This document shows, piece by piece, positions 41,091 to 53,979 of a stretch of DNA of 64,000 nt. Both the position numbers and the translations under genes were made by a program. The DNA comes from Octopus sinensis (Eukaryota): the NCBI RefSeq assembly GCF_006345805.1, contig NC_043009.1, positions 70,060,001-70,124,000 on the forward strand. Reading direction: 5' to 3'. Within the stretch, counting starts at the first letter, position 1, and each line of letters begins with the position of its first letter. The notes beneath the pieces were generated by a model that searched no databases, was not told the DNA's origin, and worked only from the letters and a program-made list of their open reading frames with translations.

Positions 41091-42878
41091 CTACTATAAG
41101 AAAAAGAAGTTCCGAGAGTGAACCAAAAAATAGTGTATGTAGCCTGAAGGATATATGAGTTGGTGAATGGATCAGAAAGGAAGGGGGGATTTGATAATGG
41201 GGAAATGGAGTCAAGGAACTGTTTAAGGATGATGGAATTGGGTGAGAAGAGAATAAGAAACTATATTCAGTTTATTTTATATTGCAACGTTGTTTACCGG
41301 TTTCCATCCGAGCTCAATCATTAGTTTACTGCCTTTCCAACAGAGAAAGGAACTTGATAGACTTCGTTCGAAGAGAACCGGTTTTCATGTCACCAAAGAA
41401 GTAAAGAAGTGAGACAGTAAGAAAGGAGGAACTCGAGAGGGAACAAATAAATGTTTCCGAAATTTGCTGAGAAACAGTAAAGATTATGGGAATGACGTAG
41501 AAACATCAATCGCAAACGACAAACGCACAATCTGTACGCGTGGGTGCACTTGCTGGAAAATATGTTGATAGTATAATAGAATATGTTGCACTGATATCTG
41601 CAAAACTACATGCACACATGCAGAGCGTTCACGTACTTCACATTCACACAAATACGCATTCTACGCACACAAAAATACACATACATAGTTACGTACACCA
41701 ACATAGATTCATAAATTTAAATACACATTTATACACTCGTACAACCTACAAATGCACTCATCTACGCATTCATACAAACATGTGTACACACAAATGTGTA
41801 TACTTGACGCAAGAAAATTAAAACCCCTTTTCGTCTTCGGTTTTGCATTTCTCTAACAACACCCAACAAATATGAAAGAGTCCTGGAATCGACATAATTT
41901 GGCTGATGCTGGTTTAATCTTATATCTCGGAGAGACTAGCGTCGGAAATATTCCGGCAAACTTTATATTTCGGAAAGTATAAACAGACGTTAAAAAACGC
42001 TACGTTGAAGTGAATTCAAATGTGGCAGTTTAGAAGAATAGGTTTTGTGATTGAAGGACCCACTCGAAATATTCAATAACTAAACTCGAAACCACATTTG
42101 AATGAAAATAACATATTAAAATTGCAATTTATGAATAAATTGTCTTCACATTTCTGATTTTAATAACAGAATTCTCTTAGTTAAGCTTCATTTTCTCAAT
42201 TAATTAGTCTTGCTTTTAATTATATTAGAAATATGGAGACCAATGAAACCGAGAGAAGAATTCGAGGTACACACGAGCGCGCGCACGTATGCACACAGGC
42301 ACTCTTAAAGACTTAATTGTGACTTCGAAGTGTCAATAGTGTTCGGCTTCGTGAAGATTTGGACTCTGTGTGATACGGCATTGTGGGATGGATCCCCAGA
42401 ACACGTGGTTACAAAACAAACACTTTATAACAGCAGAAGCCGCCTGTGGGAGAGTGAAGGAAACGATGTATGTTTGCAAAGACTGATCACAGGTATTCCG
42501 TCCATGCAACTGGTGGAAATGGTTTGAAGGTGGCGTTACGGTTATTTGTAGCAGGTCAAACGATCAAGCAGTGGCCATTTCATGAGACGTGAGAATGAAT
42601 AAGAATTGGAGGAGGGTGGGTTTTATGGAAGAGAAAGAATTAAGAGGAGGGGCATGGAGGCGGAAACGAAGATGGGAAAATGAGGAATAGAAGAAAGGGG
42701 AGGTGAAGGTAAAATGAGTAGAGGAGCAAGCATTAAAGGGAGAAAGGGAGAAAGAGTGTGAGAGAGAGAAAGGGAGAATGGCAGAGAAGAGAGACTGGTG
42801 GAAAAAAGGATATACGTAATGTGTAAACAAAATGGAGAGTGATATCAGACACACATAAGGAATGCAGGATGAGAGTGC

Positions 42879-42924
42879 TTGGGAAGTGTCGCTGGCAGTG
42901 GTTGGGAAGTGTCGCTGGCAGTGG
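42879..42924. repeat. 23-bp exact tandem duplication
   Basis: TTGGGAAGTGTCGCTGGCAGTGG x2. Confidence 0.9.
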
Positions 42925-43061
42925 CTCGTCAAATACATGCATACATACACAACCTGTTGTTGATGTTGAAATCCCAATGAAGGAGTCTTGGATCTAAGTT
43001 AGAAACCGGTTCTTAACCTTTTGAAGGGAAATCTTGAAATAAACTGAATAGTGACATGCAC

Positions 43062-43111
<50 letters not shown>

Positions 43112-43357
43112 TATCTATCTATCTACCTATCATTGATTAAACCTCGATAAGTTAAATATTTAAATCACCTCAACAATGACTGTAACCCGAAATTTTAAGA
43201 ATTGGACAGCCATGAAACGATCGTAGTGTTATACTAATTATCTTTTTTTAATAATTTTGATATATATTTAAAATAATATAAATTAATTAATCTTATGTAT
43301 TGGCTTGAGTTTTTCATTGTATGATTTGCCTAATAGTGTTTTATCTCTAATTTAATA

Positions 43358-43359
<2 letters not shown>

Positions 43360-43436
<77 letters not shown>

Positions 43437-43522
43437 GATATATATATAATAATGTATATATATATATAATGTATATATATATATATATATGCATGCATAT
43501 TTATATATATATATATAGTATA

Positions 43523-43569
<47 letters not shown>

Positions 43570-43633
43570 GTTATATATATATAATGTATATAATATATAT
43601 ATATGCATGCATATTTATATAATAAATATATAT

Positions 43634-43668
<35 letters not shown>

Positions 43669-43708
43669 AGAGAGAGAGAGAAAGAGGAGAGAGAGAGAGA
43701 AGAGAGAT

Positions 43709-43745
<37 letters not shown>
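43360..43745. repeat. (TA)n/(GATA)n/(GA)n compound microsatellite
   Basis: Direct reading. Confidence 0.95.
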
Positions 43746-45188
43746 AGCATTTTATGGTAGATTCTCTATTTCGATGTTAAACTTTGTGTCGTTCGCTGTG
43801 TTTGGATTCTCCTCGTGGAATTATTCGAATGTTTTGTGCCGACCGGAACGAAATAGTCTGGGTGACCCGAATGGTAGTACTTAAGAGGATCGATTGAAAA
43901 ATTGAAAACCTTGAAAGGAAGGGAAACGAAACACCCGATACCTACAACCGGCTTCCCTAGTAGCCACCCTGACTTCCGTATTGGATGGTGGTGGTCGTGG
44001 TGGGACGAAAGAGAAGTGAAGAAGAAGAAAATATTTAACAATAGTGCTGCTACTGTATTTAAAGATGGAGGTAAAGATGTCTACGACGGACTTTGAACTT
44101 GCAACACAGGGATTACGAACTTTCTAACCACGTGGCCGATTCCCCTTACGAGAAAGAAAAGGGAAAAAATATTGAGAATCTCTCTCTGTCTCGTTCTCTT
44201 GGGGAATGAGGGGGAGAGAGAGAGGAAGATGGAAAGTCTATAACGGGATAAGAGGGGGAGAGCGCATTTGGTAGTGTAGGAAGTAAGGAAGGAGGTAGGT
44301 GTGAGAGCATTGAAGGGGAGGAGTGAGTGAGAGTAAGAGTGTCAGCATCAGACGAGTTGAATTGATCATTTCGTTGATGGAAGAAGCGTCCTTGAAATTT
44401 GGCAGTGGCTTGTGTGTGTGTGAGTGTGTTTATGTATGTGTGAGTGTGTGTCTGTACGTTGTGTATGTGTGTTGTGTGTGTGTGTGTCTGTACGTTGTGT
44501 GTGTGTGTGTGTGTGTTGTGTGTGTGTCTGTACGTTGTGTGTGTGTGTGTTATGGGTGTGTGTGTGTGTGTGACTGCTGTATATCTGTATATCTCACAAG
44601 TGTTTGTGTGTGTGTGTGTGTATATGTCTGAGTGTGTGTGTGTGTGTGTGTGTGTGACTGCTGAATATTTGTACATTTCGTAAATGTGTGAGGGTGTGTA
44701 TGTGTGTGTGTGTGACTGCTGTATATCTCGTGTGTGTGTGTGCGTAAGCGGCTAACTCTGTGCATTTGTGTGTGCGTTTTGTGTGTGTAATTCAGTCTCA
44801 TTGCCCGATGTATGTATTTATGTGTCCGTGTGTCGGTGCCTCTCAAATGCATGTTTTCTTCTACGCGCGCGCGCGCATGTGTATCTGTGGGTGAGTTTGT
44901 GTGTGTGTGTGTGTATGTTAGAGAGCATGCGTGTGTGTCTGTATGTGTGTGTAGCGGGGGGAGGAAGGGGAGCACGTGTGTGTGTGTGTGTGTGCAATAT
45001 CAGTTGTAGCGTAGTTCCGGAACAATAGGGCGTTGGTTTGAGGGAAGCCTGGTTACTCTTTCTACGAGGATTAGATACCTGCAGGAGCTTAGCTTTCCGG
45101 CAGTGCGTATTCTGGGTTGGGGATGGGGGTGGTGGTTACTGTCCCATTGCTGGGCGTGTGATATCCTCACAGCCGTTACGTCTGTCTG

Positions 45189-45238
<50 letters not shown>

Positions 45239-45240
45239 CT

Positions 45241-45271
<31 letters not shown>

Positions 45272-45335
45272 GCTTGTCTGTCTATGTGTCTGCGTTTGTA
45301 TGTATATATTTGTATATATGTATATATATATATAT

Positions 45336-45460
45336 CCTTCTGCTGAAGAGCATAGGCTCGAAACGTAAAAGACTTTCTCACTTTCCCGAGCGTTAAACTA
45401 ATACACCTGCTTGTTGTTTATACACCTGTCTTCGTCTTTTATTTTTCTGTAAATTCCAAT
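45336..45460 (+). mobile_element. family E element, 5'-truncated at the hammerhead-like motif (45336-45371)
   Basis: CCTT CTGCTGA A GAGC ATAG GCTC GAAAC GTA AAAG followed by the family E 3' body; preceded by (TA)n. Confidence 0.85.
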
Positions 45461-45487
45461 CAAATATATATATATTCTTCCCAACTG

Positions 45488-45815
45488 CATTGTTCTGGGT
45501 TCAGTCCCACTGCGTGGCACCTTCGGCAAGTGTCTTATACTGTAGCCGCGGGCTCATCAAAGTCTTGTGAGTGAATTTGGTTGACAGAAGCTGAAAGAAG
45601 TGTGTATCTGTGTATGTGTTTGGGTCAGTGTTCGTTCCCCCATCACCACTTAAGAACCGATGTTGTTCCCCGAATCTCAGCGGTTCGACAAAAATAACCG
45701 ATGGAATAAGTATTAGAGTTAAGAAATAAGTCATGGAGTCAATTTGTTCGACGAAAATCCTCGAAGGCGGTGCTCCAGCATGACCACAGTCAAATGACTG
45801 AAACAAGTAAAAGGA
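45488..45815 (+). mobile_element. SINE family D, 5'-truncated older copy
   Basis: GGTTCAGTCCCACTGCGTGGCACC ... GAAGGCGGTGCTCCAGCATGACCACAGTCAAATGACTGAAACAAGTAAAAG. Confidence 0.85.
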
Positions 45816-45968
45816 TACAACAACATATATATATATGTGTGTGTGTGTGTGTTGTATGTATGCGCATGCGCGGGTGATACTGAAAGTGTGGAATGTTTGT
45901 GATGGGGGGGTGGGGTATATTGAGCTATAACGCTCGGGATAAAGAAAGGAAAAGGTACAAGAGAGACT

Positions 45969-46009
<41 letters not shown>

Positions 46010-46317
46010 AAAGAGGAAAGCAGAGAGAGAGAGAGGGAGAGAGAGGGTGAGTGAAAGAGAGAGAAGGAATTTTGGGGGGTCGGGATAAAAGTGGGGCACA
46101 GCAACGTGAAGGGCTTGACGTGAAGCCGATCTTCTGTGCTAGGGAATGTTCAAGTTACCCTTTGACAACAAGGGACGTAACTCGATGCATTCTTTGACAC
46201 CGGTAAAAGCAAAAACCACACACACACATAAGCACACAAACACACACACAAATGTACACTTACTTATATAATTCACTATGTGTGTGTGAATGTATCCCCT
46301 CCTCCTCTCTCTCTCTC

Positions 46318-46350
<33 letters not shown>

Positions 46351-46540
46351 GGGGGGGGGCTTGCATACAATGACTGGGCACTTAATTCTATTCTTAAGAG
46401 CACTTGTTGAATGGGAGGCTGCGCCGCAAATGCTCAAGTTGAGTGGCGTTCTGTGGGATTGAATTCGGAAGCGATGGATGTGAAATGAAATGAACTTCAG
46501 ATGGCGAAAAGTTTGGCTGTTCTTATATTGAGAGAGAGAG

Positions 46541-46614
<74 letters not shown>

Positions 46615-47071
46615 GAAGATGAGGGATGAGGTAGAGAGAAAGTTATAAGAGTAAAAGAATGATGTGGAAGAGAGAGAGAGAGAAATATGGTTGTGGTGAT
46701 GGTTGTCGTTGGTGGAAGAGAAAGAAGTTAAAATCTGAGATGAGTAACCCCCCCCCGCCACACACACAGACATGTATTTTTGATAACTGTTTGACTCAGT
46801 CCCACATGACTGAATGTTTTGTAGGCGCATAGGCAAGTCCATCTCACCAGATGTATGTAAGTATACATGCATATGTATACGTGTGTGTGTGTGTGTGTGT
46901 GTATCAAAAATAAGTTTCTTCCGGAGTCGTATAGATTCATAAGGCCAGTCTCTCCCGGTTTTCGTCACACACACACACACACACACACACACATTATATA
47001 TATATATATATTATATTATATATTATATATATATGCATCTCGAAAACCGGGAAATTGGACGGTTTTTGCCA

Positions 47072-47202
47072 GTTGAGTGGAGTAGAGCAACGTGAAATGA
47101 AATGTTTTGCTCAAGAACAAAATGCGTCGCCCAGTCTAGGAATCGAAACCACAATCATATTATCATGAGTCTATCACCCTAACCACTAAGCCATGCACCC
47201 TC
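47072..47202 (-). mobile_element. tRNA head plus CORE-like part of an A/B-type SINE
   Basis: Minus strand GAGGGTGCATGGCTTAGTGGTTAGGG...GGTTTCGATTCCTAGAC...TTCTTGAGCAAAACATTTCATTTCACGTTGCTC. Confidence 0.75.
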
Positions 47203-47407
47203 ATACACACACACACACGTTACAGGTTGTTAGTTATGGTCAGTCTGCGAGTGATCATTGGTTTCGTACATTCAAAGTTCTTAGCCGTATGAACGTTCAG
47301 TGTATGAAGCCAATGGCCACTCGCAGACTGACCATTACTAACAAGCTTTTAAATATTACTGCTCTAAAATTGTAAAGTACTTTTCTTTTCAGATTTATGA
47401 AGTACTG

Positions 47408-47409
<2 letters not shown>

Positions 47410-47444
<35 letters not shown>

Positions 47445-47502
47445 CATATATATATATATACATATACATATATATATACATATTCATTATATATACATAT
47501 TC

Positions 47503-47533
<31 letters not shown>

Positions 47534-47689
47534 ATACATATTCATATATATATATACATATATATATACATATACATATATATATACATATACATATATA
47601 TATACATATTCATATATATATACATATTCTATATATATATATATAACATATACATATATATATACATATTCATATATATGTACATATTC

Positions 47690-47720
<31 letters not shown>

Positions 47721-47923
47721 TATACATATATATATATATACATATATATACATATATATATACATATTATACATATATATACATATATATATACATATAT
47801 ATATATACATATATATATATATACATATATACATATATATATATACATATATATATATACATATATATATATATAACATATATATATATATATATATTAA
47901 GTAATTATATATATGTGTATGTA

Positions 47924-47955
<32 letters not shown>
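47410..47955. repeat. (TA)n/(TATACA)-variant microsatellite block
   Basis: Direct reading. Confidence 0.95.
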
Positions 47956-48128
47956 GTTAATCCAAAAAGAAAAACACAAAAAAACACAACAACGCGAGGA
48001 CGTGGAACAAATATAGTATTATTGGACGCTCAGGAAAGAAGGGAAGAAGGGGGGTTTAACGTTTCGAGCGGAGCTCTTCGTCGGAAACATAGAGAAGGAA
48101 AGATCCATAGAAGGGAAGACAGAGGAAA
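47956..48128 (-). mobile_element. family F short element, most complete copy
   Basis: Matches 9467-9559 and 19417-19549. Microsatellite on both sides. Contains the motif at 48054-48088. Confidence 0.85.
48054..48088 (-). ncRNA. minimal type I hammerhead-ribozyme-like motif
   Basis: GTTT|CCGACGA|A|GAGC TCC GCTC|GAAAC|GTT|AAAC: helix I GUUU/AAAC, helix II 4 bp, palindromic ACGU helix III, NUH site GUU. One core deviation (U4C). Confidence 0.6.
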
Positions 48129-48392
48129 TATATATGTGTGTGTATGTATGCATATTTATATATGTATGGATGTATGTATGTATGTATGTATGTATGTATA
48201 GAATTTAATAGAACCTAGGCAGATGAACACGCAGGGTGCCAGTTACAGCTAGGAACAATAACATAGGGTTCATAGTGGGGTAAAACAATGAACGTATCAA
48301 GTGTTGGCAGGATATGTAAGCACCAAACCCAATAAAAACAGGGTTGGTTCCAGGTAGCAACAAGAAATAGAACACAAAATGTGTTTAAAATT

Positions 48393-48468
48393 CCTGACAG
48401 TTGTTTCGGTAAAACTTTATTGATGCATTCATAGATTACATCATAACATATGAGAGATCGTCTTCAGG
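48393..48468 (-). ncRNA. hammerhead-like motif with extended helix II (family I)
   Basis: C CTGAAGA CGATCTC...TTATGATG...CATCAATAA...ACC GAAA CAACTG TC AGG: intact core CUGAAGA, GAAA, ACA/UGU helix III and GUC site. Helix I and the base of helix II are imperfect. Confidence 0.4.
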
Positions 48469-48616
48469 TAAAGTGTTCAACAGGTATCAAACAGGTGAGA
48501 TGATACACCAGGTGTGACGAATCCAATCAACATTGCTGGATAAAATTTAAATCCCATTTATGCTCTCTCTCTCTGAGTGTGTGTGTATGTGTTGTATATA
48601 CATCTATATGTATATA

Positions 48617-48812
48617 GCCACGATAGATCGTTAACCACTACAGACATTTTTTCTCTTCTTGTTTCTCTCCTTGTTTTTTCTGTGTCCCTTTCTGTAGAAG
48701 AGAGTAGGCTCGAAACGTAAAAGACTTTTTCTATTCCTCAGCGTTATACTAATACATCTGTTTGTTTTGTACACCATCTGTCTTCATCCTTTGTTTTTTT
48801 CGTAAACTCTCC
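48617..48812 (+). mobile_element. family E short element with degenerate hammerhead-like motif (48688-48723)
   Basis: GCCACGATAGATCGTTAACCACTA start as in the 25030-25218 copy. Motif CTTT CTGTAGA A GAGA GTAG GCTC GAAAC GTA AAAG. Confidence 0.85.
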
Positions 48813-49592
48813 CTGTATGTATGCATATATCTACACACACACACACACACATATGTGTATATACAAACATATACACATGTACAAATACACAACTTGAGAA
48901 CTTAGTTATAACAAATGAGTCTGTTCCTGGCCAATTGACATTACAACGAAACAAATATGACATCCCTTTAAACGCGCACACAAACCAAGCACTCGCTCAT
49001 ACGCAGTTACACACGTGCACAAAAGTAACTTCGAAGTCACAATGACTAATAATACAAAGTAGACAGTCTACATGCTCCGAGTCCTTTAAGCAGTAAATGT
49101 TATTTTTTTATGTATGTAAACATCGCAATCTTTACATTATTTATGATTTTGCGTGCGCAGGTACACATATATGTAAACATACATACATCAATACACACAC
49201 CACCAACACACACACACACACACAACACACACATATAGATATATATATAATATATATATATTATATATATATATTGTATGTATCAATGAATGTATATACG
49301 TTGAGGAGGGAAGGAAAGAACTTGTGGGAATGTGTGTGAGAGAAAGGGGAGTGAGAAAGAGATAGATGGAGAGAGAGAGAGAGAAGGTAAGAGAGAAAGT
49401 GAGTGAAAGAGAGAAAAAAAATAGAAGAGGGTGAGTGAGGCGGGAATATGTCCCAAAACGGGAGAAATGAAGTTGGTTTAGTTGAGAATTATATGGAGCG
49501 GAATGAACCTGCTAAGATTTTACTGCAGCATCGCAGAGTTTATAGCAATGGAAGGTCAGTTGATAACTAGTTAGAAAGATAAATTGACAGAT

Positions 49593-49655
<63 letters not shown>

Positions 49656-50218
49656 TATACAGACATATAATTAGTTAGAGAGATTAGTTAAGTAATACTA
49701 GACGCACGTGAGTTTGTATGTGTATAAACACACCCGTATTCAAAATCTACCCAAAATACAAATGGGAAACTCATATTCCGATGTCTAGGATTATGTAAAC
49801 ATACAAACATTGGAAGATAAAATAAGATAGACATACAAGACGCATAGCATATGCATGCGTCCATTTGATACACACATGTATATGCATGTGTGTCTATGCA
49901 CTCATAAATGTCAAAATATATATTTAATTGCGACTAGTCTAGAAGACGTATATATATATACACTTAGAGAACGTTTCAGCTAATTAGAAATTATTTGAAT
50001 CGAAGATCATTAACAATGTGAAATAAAGTCAAAGGATAAGCATTCTCCACTCGAATAACCATATAACAATAGGTGTAGGTTTACAATACAGCAAACTTTC
50101 CGTCATCGGCATGCGCACTGGCCCTCTAAACGCCACAAGTGTCTGTGCAAATATCTATGCGTGTATAACTATATATATATATATATATATAATATATCTA
50201 TATATAATATATACTCTT

Positions 50219-50612
50219 AACTTCTTTCAGTCATTTGACTGTGGTCATGCTGGAGCACGGACTTTAGTCGACCGTAAACGTAGTACTTATTCTATCTGTC
50301 TCTTTTGTTGAACCGCTAAGTAACGGGGACGTAAAGACACTAGCATCGGTTGTCAAGTGATGTTGGGATGCTAGGGGGACAAAAACAGACACACAAACGT
50401 ACACACACACACACATACACATATATATATATATATATATACATACATATATACGACGGGCTTCTTTCAGTTTCCATCTACCAAATCGTCTCACAAGGCT
50501 TTGGTCGGCCCGAGGCTATAGTAGAAGACACTTGCCCAAGGTGCCACGCAGTGGGACTGAACCTGGAACCATGTGGTTCGTAAGCAAGCTACTTACCACA
50601 CAGCCCACTCCT
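50219..50612 (-). mobile_element. SINE family D, full length
   Basis: Complete tRNA head, internal CA/TA microsatellite and 3' body. Confidence 0.92.
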
Positions 50613-50774
50613 ATATATATATATATATATATCTTCTTTCTTTTCTCTTATCAAAGAAAATATTTCTCCAGCGTTCGGTATTAGTAGTTTGTTTCCGTTC
50701 GGTTTCCTTGTATGTCTCCACTGTCCTTTTTTCTCCCAACTTTGATCCTCCATAAATCCAAAATTTTATTTTGG

Positions 50775-50979
50775 TACTTATGAAAGTAACTGTCTTCGAA
50801 GACTCATATTGTCGTTCAATGCTCGAAATAAGGAGTAGATAGACAGCCGACAACTGATGAAGGGCCTTTCTTTATGCTACTTGTCCTGTTTTCCATTTGC
50901 TTCTCTCATTTGTTGTCGTATTTCATGTTGTATACTGTTGGTGACGTCCTGTACCCATATATGCATATTACGTATGTGG

Positions 50980-50980
<1 letters not shown>
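50775..50980 (+). repeat. family G interspersed repeat
   Basis: CGAAA..GGAGTAGAT...CTGA(T/A)GAAGGG...TTGGTG(AC)GTCCTGTACCCATAT(A) shared with 57741-58000 (minus); the end motif also occurs near 11500. Confidence 0.65.
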
Positions 50981-51013
<33 letters not shown>

Positions 51014-51047
51014 ATATGTATATATATGCATGTATTAGTTATATTTT

Positions 51048-51082
<35 letters not shown>

Positions 51083-51115
51083 GCATATATTATTATATTA
51101 TATATATATATATAT

Positions 51116-51529
51116 GGGCACAGGAGTGGCTGTGGTAAGTAGCTTGTTTACCAACCATATGGTTCCGGGTTCTGTTCCACTGCGTGGCACCTTGGCCAAG
51201 TGTCTTCTACTATAGCCCCGGGCCGACCAAAGCCTTGTGAGTGGATTTGGTAGACGGAAACTGAAAGAAGCCTGTCGTATATATGTATATATATATATGT
51301 GTGTGTGTATGTGTTTGTGTGTCTGTATTGTCCCCCTAGCATTGCTTGACAACCGATGCTGGTGTGTTTACGTCCCCGTCACTTAGCGGTTCAGCAAAAG
51401 AGACCGATAGAATAAGTACTGGGCTTACAAAGAATAAGTCCAGGGGTCTATTTGCTCGACTAAAAGGCGGTGCTCCAGCATGGCTGTATTCAAATGACTG
51501 AAACAAGTAAAAGAATAAAGAGTAAAGAG
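51116..51529 (+). mobile_element. SINE family D, full length
   Basis: GGGCACAGGAGTGGCTGTGGTAAGTAGC...GGTTCTGTTCCACTGCG ... GACTGAAACAAGTAAAAGAATAAAGAG. Confidence 0.92.
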
Positions 51530-51663
51530 ATATATATACATATATGCATATACATATACATATATACACACACTCGCATATAAATTGGAGATATATGATT
51601 TCTATAGCATCGTGTGTGCGTGTTTCTATTCAACATAACTTGACACAAAACATATCGTCAAAA

Positions 51664-51763
51664 NNNNNNNNNNNNNNNNNNNNNNNNNNNNNNNNNNNNN
51701 NNNNNNNNNNNNNNNNNNNNNNNNNNNNNNNNNNNNNNNNNNNNNNNNNNNNNNNNNNNNNNN
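51664..51763. other. assembly gap (100 N)
   Basis: Run of exactly 100 N, typical of a fixed-size scaffold join. Confidence 0.99.
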
Positions 51764-52238
51764 CGTTTCTATTTATATTATTTCATACCATCACTGTGTG
51801 TAGACATTCATACAGGATAGACTGACTTAAATGGCTAAAACTATCCGCTCTGGTCTGCGTGTGTATATATATATATGTATGTATGTATATATATACGAGG
51901 CAAGTATGGGTTAAAAAAGTTCTAAGTTCTTTCGATATGTGTGCGTGCTTTCTGGCTATATTTTTTTTATCAATTTCGTAATGTGTACGTATATGTGTGT
52001 GTATATATACATGTATGTATGTATGTATGAATGTTTGCTTTTATCTATGTGTATATAAACATATGCACGTGTCTTTGTCTGTGTGTATATTTATATTTAC
52101 ATATTTATATATGTAGGTTTCTATTCCTCAGCGTCTTGTCTTCCGTTATTGATATATACTCGATTCCTGTAGGAGTATCTTCCAAACTCCGACGGTTGCT
52201 GCTGCTGCTGCGGCTACTGCTGCTACTACTAATGCTTG

Positions 52239-52270
<32 letters not shown>

Positions 52271-52510
52271 TTGTTTTTAGCCCGATGGCAGAGTGTGAGA
52301 TGTTTGGTGGTGCTGCGATGAATTCTTTTGGGCAGAGCGCGATCCTGTTGTAGAGGGGGGGGAGGAGGAGAGGGACACCACGCACCGACACACACACACA
52401 CACACACACGCAACACACGTACTCATATAGTAATATAAAACAGATCGTGAAATGAAACCCGCATGACGCTACTTTTCCCACGAACACACGCTCACAGACC
52501 AAAAACAACG

Positions 52511-52548
<38 letters not shown>

Positions 52549-53317
52549 CATATATTAAGCAATTAAGCAACGGATGAAAATGATGACGACGATGATGATG
52601 ATGATGAAGAAGAAAAACAACAAGTACAAAACCGACAGCAACAAGGAGATTAACAACAATAAAAAGAAAACTGCGACTATTATAAAAGCCACAACAGCAG
52701 CAGCGGTAGCAGCAGTAGCAGCAGCAGTAGTAGCAGCGATAATATGAGCGGCGCGAGCAGCGGAAGGTTTTCTCTCCAACATCAACTGAAATCAGAGTCT
52801 CATAAAAAGGGGACGATTTAACGTTCCCACCACCACCACGACCACCACCCTGCAGATGAACTTTCGGAATCCCAGAAATATGGCGATTCCGAAATGCCAG
52901 TGGGAAGCATTTCTTTTAGGTGACAATATTCTTTATTTGTATTTTTAAAATCAACTTTTATGAAAATATTTCAGTTAATTTCTGCGAATAATTCTTCTTC
53001 GACGCAATTTTTAAGAAAGAATAATTTTGCTTATTTTTGGTTTTGAAGAATGAGACGATGTTCGGTTTAGGAAACTAGATGAGTTGTTCAAGTTAGAATG
53101 CCTCTCCAGACATAGGACTGGGGAGACGAGACTGGCCTAGGGCTAAACTGGAATAGCAATTGATCTGAGGACTTTAATATTGAGCAATAAAATGTAGTCA
53201 AGGTTGCTTTTCTTTCCTTTAGATACACACATACGCACGCGCACACACACATATACACACACACACACATATATATATAAATGTGTGTTGTGTATGTGTA
53301 TATTTTTTATGTTTTAT

Positions 53318-53946
53318 CTTTTACCTTTCTATCTGTTACAGTCATTGAATTGCGGCCATGCTGTGGCAACGCCATGAAGGGTTTTAGTCGAACAAATCGG
53401 CAACAGAATTTATCTTCTTTTAACTCTGACACGGGGACGTAAACAAAGCAACACCGGTTGTCATGTAAGGGACAGACACAAACACAAAAACATACTCACA
53501 CATATACACGCACACACATATTCGCATATAATACACGCAGATACAAACACAACCACACACGTATCTATACACACACACAGATGTCGCCATATGCATCTGT
53601 ATACAGATAGGACGACTGCTTTCATTTACTTTTTATGAAATCCACTCACAAGACTTTGGTCGGTCGAGCTATAGTTGAAACACTTGCCCAAGGTGTCACG
53701 CAGTGGGACCGAACCTGGAATCATGTGGCTGGCATGCTCTTTCATTCTTTTACTTGCTTCAGTCACCTGACTGCGGCCATGCTGGAGCACCGCCTTAAAG
53801 GTTTTCTAGTTGAAGAAATCGACTCCAACACTTATTCTTTGTAAGCTTAGCACTTATTCTATCGGACTCTTTTGCCGAACTGCTAAGCTACAGGGACGTA
53901 AAGACACCAACATCGGTTGTCGAGCGATGGTGGAATGAAAACGCAG

Positions 53947-53979
<33 letters not shown>

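Noticed and set aside
23838-44740. CRISPR-like or regularly spaced repeats (23838-23895, 42879-42924, 44440-44740)
   Set aside because: Head-to-tail minisatellites without unique spacers, in a eukaryotic genome.
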